Assembly: GCA_035525115.1 (NCBI GenBank)
Contig: DATLEQ010000025.1
Coordinates: 1-44,194 of the forward strand
Direction: 5' to 3'
Origin: Candidatus Limnocylindrales bacterium
GTDB lineage: Bacteria > Patescibacteriota > Saccharimonadia > Saccharimonadales > JAICHO01
Length of the DNA: 44,194 nucleotides
The position numbers and the translations under genes are program-made. The notes beneath the pieces were generated by a model, which was not told the origin of the DNA, did no database searches, and worked only from the letters and a program-made list of their open reading frames with translations. Positions 27,095 to 36,534 of this stretch are shown in pieces. The stretch's first letter is position 1; every line of letters begins with the position of its first letter.

Positions 27095-27714
27095 AAAATC
27101 CCGTCCAGCCGCTGCAATATTCTATATGTGTGTCAGGTGCTGCCAGCGGTGATACGGTTACGGACGATAGGACCTTAGCCACCCGGATTGGGGCGGCAAT
27201 TGCTAGGCGTGGACACGTCACCACCACCGGTGCTACCGTTGGTTTACCGTTTTTTGCTGCCAAGGGCGCTAAAGAAGCAGGTGGCATGAGCATTGGTTTT
27301 TCACCCGCAAGTGAAATCCGCGACCATATGAGGCGTTACCGACTACCCAGAGAATACTTTGATTTTATTAACTTTACTGGGATGCATTATGTAGGCCGGG
27401 ATACCCATTTGATACAGTCGTCCGATGCAATAATTACTGTTGGTGGCCGCTTCGGTAGTCTTCATGAATTCGTGACGGCACTTGAGGCGCATAAACCGTG
27501 CGGAATCTTGGTTGGCAGTGAAGGTGCAGCCGATATAATCCCGGAGCTTATGAAAGTCTTAGAACCTCCTCGCGAACACTTGGTTATCTATGACGAAAAC
27601 CCGGAAAATCTGGTAGAACGAATTGTTTCCATTCTGGACCAAGAATATGCCGACATTATTGAACAAATTAACCGCAATGAGCATTGGTACCTGAACGGCA
27701 AGCGACAAGGATGA
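27091..27714 (+). CDS. TIGR00725-like / LOG-SLOG superfamily Rossmann-fold nucleotide-binding protein
   Basis: ICVSGAASGD, TGATVGLPFFAAKGAKEAGGMSIGFSP and SDAIITVGGRFGSLHEF match the LOG/TIGR00725 pattern as I recall it. It is coupled by start/stop overlaps on both sides. Confidence 0.65.
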   Translation: MKNPVQPLQYSICVSGAASGDTVTDDRTLATRIGAAIARRGHVTTTGATVGLPFFAAKGAKEAGGMSIGFSPASEIRDHMRRYRLPREYFDFINFTGMHYVGRDTHLIQSSDAIITVGGRFGSLHEFVTALEAHKPCGILVGSEGAADIIPELMKVLEPPREHLVIYDENPENLVERIVSILDQEYADIIEQINRNEHWYLNGKRQG

Positions 27715-27908
27715 AGCAAATGCTTATAATCAGTTCAGGCTTTGTAGCAATAATAATGGCTATATGGGCTGGGTGGGCATGGTATCGCCATAACTATGGC
27801 CCGATTGACAGTTTTGAACAATGCGAACAAAGTGGTCACCCCGTCCAAAATTCGAATCCTCGGGTTTGCATGGTCGGCGTCAAGCGGTTTGTCGAACCAA
27901 CAGACTAG
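27711..27908 (+). CDS. small single-pass membrane protein with C-terminal Cys pair
   Basis: ATG 27711 overlaps the upstream TGA (ATGA). TM helix IISSGFVAIIMAIWAGWAW, then FEQCEQSGHPVQNSNPRVCMV. Confidence 0.5.
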   Translation: MKQMLIISSGFVAIIMAIWAGWAWYRHNYGPIDSFEQCEQSGHPVQNSNPRVCMVGVKRFVEPTD

Positions 27909-27922
27909 TCTGAAATGACGCC

Positions 27923-27931
27923 TGTTACAAT
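27923..27931 (+). promoter_or_regulatory. extended -10 element TGtTACAAT, 6 nt upstream of GTG 27938 (uvrB)
   Basis: The sequence is ccTGTTACAATtaatagGTG, with no SD. The N-terminus [20 protein letters not shown] aligns with canonical UvrB N-termini, which fixes the start. Confidence 0.45.
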
Positions 27932-27937
27932 TAATAG

Positions 27938-29902
27938 GTGGCAAGACTGCAAATCAAATCAGACTATAAACCCGCGGGTGACCAGCCAGCTGCGATTGCC
28001 AAGCTGACAGAAAACCTTAATAATAATGTCAAAGAACAAGTATTACTGGGTGTTACGGGTTCGGGCAAAACGTTTACTATGGCAAATGTTATTCAGAACT
28101 TGCAAAAGCCCACCCTCATCTTAAGCCATAATAAAACCTTAGCGGCACAACTTTACGGAGAGTTTAGGCGTTTTTTTCCTGACAACGCCGTGCATTACTT
28201 CGTCAGTTATTTTGACTATTACCAACCAGAGGCCTATATCCCCCGCTCTGACACGTATATAGAAAAAGATAGTCAGATCAATGAGGAAATAGATCGTCTG
28301 CGCCATGCTGCCACTGACGCGTTGCTCACCCGGCGTGATGTCATCATCGTAGCTAGCGTTAGTTGTATTTATGGGATTGGCTCAGTGGAAGATTACGGAA
28401 ACTTGGCGGTTATTATTAAAAAGGGCGAACGGCGTATCCGTGACAAATTACTAAGACAGCTAACCGATATTCAGTACCAACGCAATGACATTGATTTCCA
28501 CCGCGGGACGTTCCGTGTAAGGGGTGACGTAATTGACGTTTATCCTGCCGGTGAGGAAGCGGCTTACCGCACCGAATTTTTTGGCGATGAAATAGATAGG
28601 ATTACCCAGATAGATCCCCTTACCGGCGAAATAGTTCGTTCACTGGACATTTTAAAAGTTTTCCCGAGCAGCCACTATGTAACCCCGCAGGACAAACTCA
28701 AAATTGCTCTAGGACAGATTGAACAAGAGTTGGACGAACGGCTGGCTTATTTTAATAAACACGGTTTGCTACTAGAGGCCCAGCGTTTGCAGCAGCGCAC
28801 AAGATTTGACTTGGAAATGCTAGAAGAGACAGGCTTTGTTAAAGGCATTGAAAACTACAGCCGGTATCTCACTAACCGCGAACCGGGCGAACAGCCTGCC
28901 ACACTGCTAGATTATTTTCCAGACGATTACTTAATATTTGCTGACGAGTCTCACATGACGTTACCGCAAGTGCGCGGTATGTACAATGGCGATAGGGCAC
29001 GTAAAGAAGTCTTGGTGGAGCATGGGTTCCGCCTGCCAAGCGCCCTAGACAACCGCCCGCTCACTTTTACTGAGTTTGAAAAACATATTAACCGGATAGT
29101 TTATGTCAGTGCCACACCTGCCCAATACGAGCTATCACGCAGTCCTCAACCAATAGAACAAGTCATCCGCCCGACTGGCTTAATAGACCCGCTGATTGAC
29201 GTGCGACCAATTGAAGGCCAGATTGACGATTTGATAAATGAAATTAAAGATACAACCGATAAACATCAGCGTGTTTTAGTCACCACCCTTACTAAAAGGA
29301 TGGCAGAAGATCTGACAGAATATTTGCAAGAACTTAATGTTAAAGTCACTTATTTGCATAGTGATGTAGACACGCTCGACAGGACAGATATCTTACGTGA
29401 TTTAAGGCTTGGTGTTTATGATGTGGTTGTCGGCATTAACTTGCTTCGGGAGGGCTTGGATTTGCCGGAGGTGAGTTTAGTAGCTATCCTAGACGCGGAC
29501 AAAGAAGGTTTTTTGCGCAGCGAGCAAGCACTAATACAGACGGTCGGTCGGGCTGCGCGCCATCTTGAGGGTCGTGTCATAATGTACGCCGATCACATCA
29601 CTGGCAGTATGCAACGAACTATTGATGAAACTACGCGCCGCCGGGCCATTCAAGAAGCTTACAATAAAGAGCATAGTATAACCCCGGCAGGGATTGCCAA
29701 AGCCATAGAAAAAGGTATGCGTCCTGATTTGCCGGAAGAAGCTAAAAAAGCCAAACTTGACCTAAAGAAAATCCCTAAAGACGAATACGGACACCTTATT
29801 AAAGACCTTACAGCACAAATGGAGCTAGCCTCAGCAAATTTGGAGTTTGAAAAGGCTGCCGAACTACGCGATATTATTGCCGGTATAAAATCTAAGCTCT
29901 AG
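27938..29902 (+). CDS. uvrB: excinuclease ABC subunit B
   Basis: [25 protein letters not shown], and the C-terminal UVR motif [11 protein letters not shown]. Confidence 0.95.
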   Translation: MARLQIKSDYKPAGDQPAAIAKLTENLNNNVKEQVLLGVTGSGKTFTMANVIQNLQKPTLILSHNKTLAAQLYGEFRRFFPDNAVHYFVSYFDYYQPEAYIPRSDTYIEKDSQINEEIDRLRHAATDALLTRRDVIIVASVSCIYGIGSVEDYGNLAVIIKKGERRIRDKLLRQLTDIQYQRNDIDFHRGTFRVRGDVIDVYPAGEEAAYRTEFFGDEIDRITQIDPLTGEIVRSLDILKVFPSSHYVTPQDKLKIALGQIEQELDERLAYFNKHGLLLEAQRLQQRTRFDLEMLEETGFVKGIENYSRYLTNREPGEQPATLLDYFPDDYLIFADESHMTLPQVRGMYNGDRARKEVLVEHGFRLPSALDNRPLTFTEFEKHINRIVYVSATPAQYELSRSPQPIEQVIRPTGLIDPLIDVRPIEGQIDDLINEIKDTTDKHQRVLVTTLTKRMAEDLTEYLQELNVKVTYLHSDVDTLDRTDILRDLRLGVYDVVVGINLLREGLDLPEVSLVAILDADKEGFLRSEQALIQTVGRAARHLEGRVIMYADHITGSMQRTIDETTRRRAIQEAYNKEHSITPAGIAKAIEKGMRPDLPEEAKKAKLDLKKIPKDEYGHLIKDLTAQMELASANLEFEKAAELRDIIAGIKSKL

Positions 29903-29930
29903 CTACTTTAGAGTTAGAGGCGCAAGCAGT

Positions 29931-29958
29931 TTGAACATATATTTAATTGATCTATAAT
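29931..29958 (+). promoter_or_regulatory. putative promoter TTGAAC-N16-TATAAT, 9 nt upstream of ATG 29968
   Basis: The -35 is at 29931-29936 and the -10 at 29953-29958. The ORF-track TTG start (29947) lies inside the spacer, so ATG 29968 is the more likely start. Confidence 0.5.
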
Positions 29959-29967
29959 GCCTATCAA

Positions 29968-32157
29968 ATGACCGAGCATCAACACTACGGCATGCAGCAT
30001 TGGTATGAAGCTTATTTGTTGACAGATAAATTGGACAAAGATGCCTGGCAAAAAATATTGCTTGGGATATCACAGTATATTGGTTTTTTCAAAAGCTGGA
30101 AGCTGGTAGTTAGTATCGATAATAGTACAGTGCGCTATTTTATAGGGACAAATAAAGACGTCAGCCTACTGTCCAATAACATTGAAAATATTGTCTTACG
30201 GCCCATTTCGCCTGATCTACTGGCCATTCCGCGAACTTCAGGCAAGCAGCGGTTTATACAGTTTGTCGGTGGAGGCAATTTCCTGGACCTCCGCGAAAAA
30301 TACCAAGTCAAGCGAAGCCTGGAACTTACCCATATTATTTGTACCATACGAACATTTAATGCAGAGAAGGCTCACACCGCTATTAGGCTTTGCTTTAAGA
30401 ATCTAGCCGGCCAGCATGCTTCTGCCAAAAAAACCCTTTTCTTTCTGCCGGCTACCTTGTTGAGTGTAGACTTTGTTGCAAACACTAAATATTTGCGCAA
30501 GAAACAGCCAAAGTACTTAGACATCCAAAAGGCCATGCACATAATGCAAAGTGACAATGTCGGAGCTGTTTTTGAGGTAGATACATTTCCGTACTTGCCC
30601 AAAAACTATTATTTACCGTTACAGAGTTATGACTTTGATAAGCACTCTTTTATTATCGGTGCCAGCGGCAGCGGCAAGTCCAAGCTTATCCAGCTTATCG
30701 TGAGTCGCCTCAGCTCGGCACAAGGCTTAAAACAAAACTACCGGATTGTGGTTATTGACCCGCACGCTTCACTAGAAACCGACCTTAAAACAATACCCGA
30801 CAACATTATCGTAAGTTTTAAGGGGCAGGATGACGGGGCAGAGTTATTTGGCGGCGCCGGCACGGACATTTCCGCAGCCACAGAACTTACCGGCACATTG
30901 TTTAAGTCATTATTAGCAGACCAACATAATCCCAAGGTTGAGCGGGTATTACGCTTCAGTTTATTTGTGCTCATGACCGCGCAAGTCATGTCCTTGGACA
31001 AACTTAAGCGCCTTTTAACCGACATTGAGTTCCGAAACCAAATTTTAAACCACGTTCAAGAATACGTGCCGGCTAATATAGTTAAGTTTTTTCAGACCGA
31101 CTTTAATGAGCTGCGTACCCAAAGCTACAACGAAGCCATACTGCCCATTGTCTCGCTGGTGGATGAAATGCAGTTGCAGCCTTCACTTGGCGAACAAAAC
31201 GAAAATACCAGTTCATTGTCCAAGCTCATTAGCAGTAATTTTCTGACTTTATTCTCTTTAAATAAAGTCAGTATGGGCGAAAAGGTTGTAAAAACGGTGG
31301 CTGGGTTACTGATTCAGCAAATATTCTTGCTGGCCCAAGCCCGAACGTTCAATGAAAAGATAATCCTGATTGTTGATGAAGTCTCGGTGGTTCAGAACCC
31401 AGCCCTCGCGAGCATCTTAGCAGAAGCACGTAAATACAACTTATTCGTATTTCTTACCCAACAATATTTTGGCCAAATAGAAAAGCCTTTGCAAGACGCA
31501 ATTTTTACAAATGTGGCTAATTATTATGTATTTCGGGTTTCGGAAGAAGACGCACGATCCCTGGAAGGCAACCTGACCATTGAGATACCAAAGGAGATCT
31601 TGTTAGCTGAAAAGGCTAAGGGCAGTAAGGAATCTGAAGTACGCGTTAAAATGCTGACCGCCCTCAACGCGCGGGAATGTTTTTTGCGACTGAGTAATGA
31701 TGGCCAAATCTTACCTTGCATTAAGGCTCGAACAGTTGACGCTGACCATGATGTACCCACCGGCACTGTCCAGGAGTTACGAACATACGACCAGCCAGGG
31801 CCGCAAATGCCTGCCAAGTTCATTGAGGGATCTGGCCCCGAACTAGGCCCTGTCAGCATGCACGAGGCGGCTCAAGCTGATGCACCAACAAAGTATTTTA
31901 GTAATGAGTTGCTAGGCGAAAACGATGTCCAGTCCATTTTAGGCAAGGTTGCCGAGACCCGAGAAGCGACGGGGCATATGGCGGATGCCGTAAGTTTGGA
32001 CTCGGGTAGCACGACTATACCAGTAGAACTATCACCGGCTGTATCTGTTATACCTGAGGCTCCAGCGGTACCTACGCCTACACTTCCCGCCCAGCCTATG
32101 AACCTAGCTTCGTTGCTTGCCAGCCAGTCATCGTCACGTAAAAAATTAGTTAAATAG
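29968..32157 (+). CDS. HerA/FtsK-superfamily (DUF87-like) P-loop ATPase with unknown N-terminal domain and disordered Pro/Ala/Ser-rich C-terminal tail
   Basis: Walker [14 protein letters not shown] (30658-30681), VVIDPHASL, Walker [10 protein letters not shown] (Asp-Glu at 31375-31380), [13 protein letters not shown]. The last ~135 residues are low complexity. Confidence 0.7.
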   Translation: MTEHQHYGMQHWYEAYLLTDKLDKDAWQKILLGISQYIGFFKSWKLVVSIDNSTVRYFIGTNKDVSLLSNNIENIVLRPISPDLLAIPRTSGKQRFIQFVGGGNFLDLREKYQVKRSLELTHIICTIRTFNAEKAHTAIRLCFKNLAGQHASAKKTLFFLPATLLSVDFVANTKYLRKKQPKYLDIQKAMHIMQSDNVGAVFEVDTFPYLPKNYYLPLQSYDFDKHSFIIGASGSGKSKLIQLIVSRLSSAQGLKQNYRIVVIDPHASLETDLKTIPDNIIVSFKGQDDGAELFGGAGTDISAATELTGTLFKSLLADQHNPKVERVLRFSLFVLMTAQVMSLDKLKRLLTDIEFRNQILNHVQEYVPANIVKFFQTDFNELRTQSYNEAILPIVSLVDEMQLQPSLGEQNENTSSLSKLISSNFLTLFSLNKVSMGEKVVKTVAGLLIQQIFLLAQARTFNEKIILIVDEVSVVQNPALASILAEARKYNLFVFLTQQYFGQIEKPLQDAIFTNVANYYVFRVSEEDARSLEGNLTIEIPKEILLAEKAKGSKESEVRVKMLTALNARECFLRLSNDGQILPCIKARTVDADHDVPTGTVQELRTYDQPGPQMPAKFIEGSGPELGPVSMHEAAQADAPTKYFSNELLGENDVQSILGKVAETREATGHMADAVSLDSGSTTIPVELSPAVSVIPEAPAVPTPTLPAQPMNLASLLASQSSSRKKLVK

Positions 32158-32170
32158 ATAAGGAATAATC

Positions 32171-32869
32171 ATGGATGCCGCAGCCGCCAAACAGACACTA
32201 GACAAAATAGTAGGACAAATATTTGGCTACCAAAACCCACTGAGCCTGGACCAGGCTATGCAAAAGTTTGCTTTTGACGTGCGGCTGCCGCAACAGGTTT
32301 ATGACAGCACTACCAATGAACCCACGTGGGCCCAATCTACCAACCCAAGTAAATTTATTACCATGGAAAATGCCCATAGCCGCAGCGGGGTGGATGATTG
32401 GTTAATCCCTAAGCGGCCGCTAAATAGCTTGCAGGATATTTTAGCGGCGTGGGCGGACACTAACTTTATGGCTACAGAAAGACAACTGGAAAGCAGCAAT
32501 GTTTCCGAGTCTGATAATATCTATAACTCACAGAATGTCTACCGCTCGCTAGACATTAACCAATCAAAAAATGTTTTATTTAGTGACGCCGCTAATAACA
32601 GTGAATTTGTAGTCGCGTGCCAGCGCTCAAATGCGCTCAGTTTTTGTATCCGGGTTGAAGACAGCAAGCAATGCTCAAATAGCTTTAATGTTATTTGGTC
32701 GGCGAAAGTGGCTAACTGTTTGTTCGTACAAGATTGTTATGACCTGACTGATTGCATGTTCTGCTCGCACATTACCAGCAAACAGTTCTGTATTGCCAAT
32801 ATGCAGTACGAGGAAACGGAATACCGCAAGCTTAAGGAGCTGGTCGTGCGCTGGATTCTGACCAGCTAG
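32171..32869 (+). CDS. Cys-rich repeat protein of unknown function (232 aa)
   Basis: SD AAGGA precedes the start. The C-terminal half consists of ~11-14-residue units that begin with S or C. All 8 Cys fall in the last ~70 residues, and the protein ends FCIANMQYEETEYRKLKE. Confidence 0.6.
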   Translation: MDAAAAKQTLDKIVGQIFGYQNPLSLDQAMQKFAFDVRLPQQVYDSTTNEPTWAQSTNPSKFITMENAHSRSGVDDWLIPKRPLNSLQDILAAWADTNFMATERQLESSNVSESDNIYNSQNVYRSLDINQSKNVLFSDAANNSEFVVACQRSNALSFCIRVEDSKQCSNSFNVIWSAKVANCLFVQDCYDLTDCMFCSHITSKQFCIANMQYEETEYRKLKELVVRWILTS

Positions 32870-32872
32870 AGC

Positions 32873-32881
32873 TGTTATACT
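32873..32881 (+). promoter_or_regulatory. extended -10 element TGtTATACT, 9 nt upstream of ATG 32891 (gatC)
   Basis: The sequence is gcTGTTATACTaacgaggaaATG. Confidence 0.4.
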
Positions 32882-32890
32882 AACGAGGAA

Positions 32891-33184
32891 ATGGCTAAAT
32901 TATCACGGGATGATGTATTAAAATTGGCTCGGCTTGCCCGACTTGACTTAACAGACGAAGAAGTCGAGCAATTTGCCGCCGAAATCAGTAGTATTCTGGG
33001 ATACGTTGAGCAACTGCAATCGGTGGACGTTACGGGTGTTGAGCCAACTTATCAAGTGAGTGGTCTTGCGAATGTAATGCGTCCAGACGTAGAGATAGAT
33101 TATGGCGTGTCGCCGGCCGACTTACTTAAAAATGCACCGGCAACTGAGCGCGGTCACATCAAGGTTAAAAGGATGCTAGACTAA
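32891..33184 (+). CDS. gatC: Asp/Glu-tRNA amidotransferase subunit C
   Basis: 97 aa, containing LARLARLDLTDEEVEQFAAEISSILGYVEQL. Confidence 0.9.
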   Translation: MAKLSRDDVLKLARLARLDLTDEEVEQFAAEISSILGYVEQLQSVDVTGVEPTYQVSGLANVMRPDVEIDYGVSPADLLKNAPATERGHIKVKRMLD

Positions 33185-34614
33185 TGGGCAGCCAATGGCA
33201 ACCTCTGGCTGATATGGCTGCCAGCGTACAGGCAGGCCGTATTAAGGCAACGGATTTAGTGGCCCAAGCGCTGGATACGATAGATGCTAAGAGTGACTTT
33301 AAGGCTGTTATTAGTTTAACGAGCGAACGGGCTTGGCAGCGCGCCAAAGAAATAGATCAGCGCGTGAGCAAAGGTGAAACTATTGGGCCGCTAGCCGGCG
33401 TGCCCTTTATAGCTAAGGATAATTTTTTGACGTTTGGCGGTGAAACCACAGCCGCCAGTAATATTTTAAAAGGGTTTAATGCCCCGTATCAGGCTACGGC
33501 TATAAACAAATTGGAGGCGGCGGGTGCCATTGTAGTCGCCAAGGCAAACATGGATGCCTTCGCTCATGGCGGCAGTACGGAAAATAGTGACTTTATGGTT
33601 ACTAAAAACCCACATGACCCTCACCGTGTGCCCGGCGGATCATCCGGGGGATCAGCAGCAGCCGTCATATTGGACATGGTGCCTTTCGCGGTTGGAACGG
33701 ACACGGGAGGTTCTATAAGGCAGCCAGCTAGCTTTAGTGGCGCCGTCGGACTTAAGCCTACTTATGGTTTGGTCTCGCGCAGCGGAGTTGTCGCGATGGC
33801 CAGCAGCACGGACGTTATTGGCCCACTTGCCCGTACGGTGGCAGATGCCGCCTATGTGTTGGATGTTATGTCAGGCCGAGACAATCTGGACGCTACTACC
33901 ATTGAGCGTGACGCCGACAGTTATATGCCGACTGAAGATTTTGATTTTTCTTTGGCTAAAATCGGCGTCATAAAGGAGTATATGGGTGACGGCGTAGAAG
34001 AAGGCGTCAAGCAAAGCATAAACCAAGCGGCTAGTAAGCTCAAAGCTGCAGATGCCATAATACAAGAGGTAAGTTTGCCGTCATTACCGCTTGCCCTTGC
34101 GTGCTACTACATTATTTGCCCGGCCGAAATCAGCAGCAACTTGTCTCGTTATGATGGCCAGCGCTACGGTTATGCGGCGTCAGAAGCCAAAAACCTTACA
34201 GAAAGCTATAACTGGTCACGCAGCGAAGGCTTTGGCCGTGAAGCCAAACGCCGTATTATAATTGGCACCTACGTTTTAAGCAGTGGATATTACGACGCTT
34301 ATTATAAAAAAGCCCAGCAACTGCGGACCAAGCTTATTGAGGAGTTCGATGTGGCGTTTAAGACAGTTGATTTTCTAATTGGGCCTGTCGCCCCAACGAC
34401 GGCCTTTGAAATTGGAAAGAACACTAATGACCCATTGCAAATGTATATGCAGGACATAATGACCGTAGCCGTGAGCTTAGCGGGTCTGCCGGCCATAAGT
34501 ATTCCGGCCAGCACAAGCGATGGCCTCCCCGTAGGGCTGCAATTAATCGCGCCGGTGCGCGCTGATAAAAAACTGCTGGCACTAGCAAAAGCTGCGGAAG
34601 GGGTGTTGGCATGA
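33184..34614 (+). CDS. gatA: Asp/Glu-tRNA amidotransferase subunit A
   Basis: Amidase signature GGSSGGSAAAV and GTDTGGSIRQPA. TAATG overlap with gatC. Confidence 0.95.
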   Translation: MGSQWQPLADMAASVQAGRIKATDLVAQALDTIDAKSDFKAVISLTSERAWQRAKEIDQRVSKGETIGPLAGVPFIAKDNFLTFGGETTAASNILKGFNAPYQATAINKLEAAGAIVVAKANMDAFAHGGSTENSDFMVTKNPHDPHRVPGGSSGGSAAAVILDMVPFAVGTDTGGSIRQPASFSGAVGLKPTYGLVSRSGVVAMASSTDVIGPLARTVADAAYVLDVMSGRDNLDATTIERDADSYMPTEDFDFSLAKIGVIKEYMGDGVEEGVKQSINQAASKLKAADAIIQEVSLPSLPLALACYYIICPAEISSNLSRYDGQRYGYAASEAKNLTESYNWSRSEGFGREAKRRIIIGTYVLSSGYYDAYYKKAQQLRTKLIEEFDVAFKTVDFLIGPVAPTTAFEIGKNTNDPLQMYMQDIMTVAVSLAGLPAISIPASTSDGLPVGLQLIAPVRADKKLLALAKAAEGVLA

Positions 34615-35042
34615 GTGTAACCTTTGCGCTTATAGTCTGCGCTGCGCTCGTAGGGTTAAGCATAGCCTCATTTACAGCTTACAAAAAATGGCCCCGGCGT
34701 TTAAGAGGCGATAAATTCGCTGCTAACTGGAAAGAGCTTCAAACATATTGCAAAGATAAAGCTACCTGGCCTTTGGCCATCCTAGAAGCTGACAAGTTGC
34801 TTGATATAGCACTTAAAAAACGTAAGCTTAAGGGCAGGACTATGGGCGCCCGGCTGGTAGCGGCACAACGCTTATTGAGTGATAATGACAATGTATGGTT
34901 TGCGCATAACCTTGCCAAAAAAATCGCCGCGCAAAGCGACCTTAAGTTAAAAGAAACCGATGTTAAAGACGCCCTCATGGGCTTTCGGCAGGCATTAAAA
35001 GACATAGGAGCATTGCCCAGTGGTGAGCAGCGAAATCCTTGA
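34611..35042 (+). CDS. membrane-anchored helical protein of unknown function inserted between gatA and gatB
   Basis: ATGA overlap with gatA and a 23-nt overlap with gatB. N-terminal TM helix, then WPLAILEADKLLDIALKKRKLKGRTMGARL...VWFAHNLAKKIA, a pattern I have seen in small uncharacterised proteins. Confidence 0.6.
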   Translation: MSVTFALIVCAALVGLSIASFTAYKKWPRRLRGDKFAANWKELQTYCKDKATWPLAILEADKLLDIALKKRKLKGRTMGARLVAAQRLLSDNDNVWFAHNLAKKIAAQSDLKLKETDVKDALMGFRQALKDIGALPSGEQRNP

Positions 35043-36474
35043 GCAATACGTGCCTACCATTGGCATTGAGTGCCATGTCCAGCTTAAGACGCGGACGAAG
35101 TTATTTGCAGCGGTTAACAACGATGCGCGCGATGCCGCGCCAAATACGCTTATCAGCCACATCTGCCTTGGCATGCCAGGCGCGCTGCCTGTCCTAAATG
35201 AAAAAGCTGTTGAATATGCCATGCAGGTGGCCTTTGCGTTCAACACCAAGCCGCAAAAGTATAGCCACTTTGAGCGTAAGCACTACTTTTATCCGGATTT
35301 ACCTAAAGGCTATCAGATTACCCAATTAAGCCATCCAATCATTGTCGGGGGGCACGTAGACCTAATAATCGGCAAAGAGACGCGGCGCATTCGTATCAAT
35401 AGGGTACAGATTGAAGAAGATGCCGGCAAGAGTACCCACCCCGCCGGCAAAGACTTTAGCTTAGTAGACCTGAATAGGGCTGGCACACCACTTCTAGAAA
35501 TTGTGTCTGAGGCAGATATCCATTCGCCGGCAGAGGCCAAGCTTTACGCCCGCGAGCTGTGGCTGTTAATGCGATATGCGGGGGTATCAGATGCGGATCT
35601 CTACCAAGGCAATATGCGTTTTGATGTCAATGTGAGCGTAAGCAAAACTGGGCAGCTTGGCTTACGTACTGAAACTAAAAACCTAAATAGCTTTCGTAGC
35701 GTAGAGAAAGCGACTGATTATGAGATCAAACGGCAGATTGAGCAACTTGAAAAGGGCGAATCCATCATCCAGGAGACCCGCGGGTGGGATGACGCAAAGC
35801 AAAAGACATTCTCGCAACGCAGTAAAGAGGACGCCCACGACTATAGATACTTCCCAGATCCCGATATACCACCCGTTGAACTGAGTGATACGGCAATTGA
35901 GACAGTTGCAGCGGTCATGCCCGTACTGCCGGCTCGGTTAAGGGAACGCCTGAGCGAGCTTGCTATTGACCAGTCAGCTATTGAAACCCTGATAGAAGAA
36001 ATGCCGGCAGGCAAGCTCATTATTACTCTACTTGACAGCGGGTGTAATAGCGACATTGTCAAGCGCATTGCTAATTGGTTGGTAACAGAGGTTCAGGGGC
36101 TGCTAACCAACGAGGACATGTCATGGGAAAACCTAAAGTTAAATGCTCACGATCTTATAGTATTGGCAGAAATGGCAGGCTCTAACAAAGTGAGCTCTAC
36201 GGGCGCCAAGGTGATCTTAAGCGAGATGGTCGTAACAGGTGGCGGTCCCGAGAAAATTGCAACCGAGAAAAATATATTACAGGTATCCGATGAAGGCGAA
36301 ATAGCTGCCATTGTCGGCAAAGTACTAGCCGATAATCCTCAGGCAGCGACAGATGTAAAAAATGGTGAGATAAAGGCAATTGGCTTTTTAGTTGGACAAG
36401 TCATGAAGCTATCACAGGGCAAAGCCAACCCTGGCCTTGCAAAAGAACTTATCAAAAAACAGCTTGGAATCTAG
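35020..36474 (+). CDS. gatB: Asp/Glu-tRNA amidotransferase subunit B
   Basis: IGIECHVQL, YFYPDLPKGYQITQ, RIQIEEDAGK-like (RVQIEEDAGKS), and a C-terminal YqeY-like domain. GTG start 9 nt after AGGAG. Confidence 0.95.
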   Translation: MVSSEILEQYVPTIGIECHVQLKTRTKLFAAVNNDARDAAPNTLISHICLGMPGALPVLNEKAVEYAMQVAFAFNTKPQKYSHFERKHYFYPDLPKGYQITQLSHPIIVGGHVDLIIGKETRRIRINRVQIEEDAGKSTHPAGKDFSLVDLNRAGTPLLEIVSEADIHSPAEAKLYARELWLLMRYAGVSDADLYQGNMRFDVNVSVSKTGQLGLRTETKNLNSFRSVEKATDYEIKRQIEQLEKGESIIQETRGWDDAKQKTFSQRSKEDAHDYRYFPDPDIPPVELSDTAIETVAAVMPVLPARLRERLSELAIDQSAIETLIEEMPAGKLIITLLDSGCNSDIVKRIANWLVTEVQGLLTNEDMSWENLKLNAHDLIVLAEMAGSNKVSSTGAKVILSEMVVTGGGPEKIATEKNILQVSDEGEIAAIVGKVLADNPQAATDVKNGEIKAIGFLVGQVMKLSQGKANPGLAKELIKKQLGI

Positions 36475-36519
36475 GGCTTAGGCTGAGCCTTTTAAACTGT
36501 TAAAGGGTTTATCCATGCG

Positions 36520-36528
36520 TGATACAAT
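36520..36528 (+). promoter_or_regulatory. extended -10 element TGaTACAAT, 6 nt upstream of ATG 36535 (galU)
   Basis: The sequence is gcgTGATACAATcagtgcATG, with no SD. Confidence 0.45.
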
Positions 36529-36534
36529 CAGTGC

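Noticed and set aside
29968-32869. Interpreting the HerA-like ATPase unit as part of an integrative conjugative element or T4SS.
   Set aside because: No relaxase, VirB-type channel genes, integrase, flanking repeats or tRNA target are present. Housekeeping genes flank it (uvrB, gatCAB).
36477-36494. A GGCT...AGCC mini-hairpin followed by TTTT after gatB.
   Set aside because: A 4-bp stem is not a credible intrinsic terminator.
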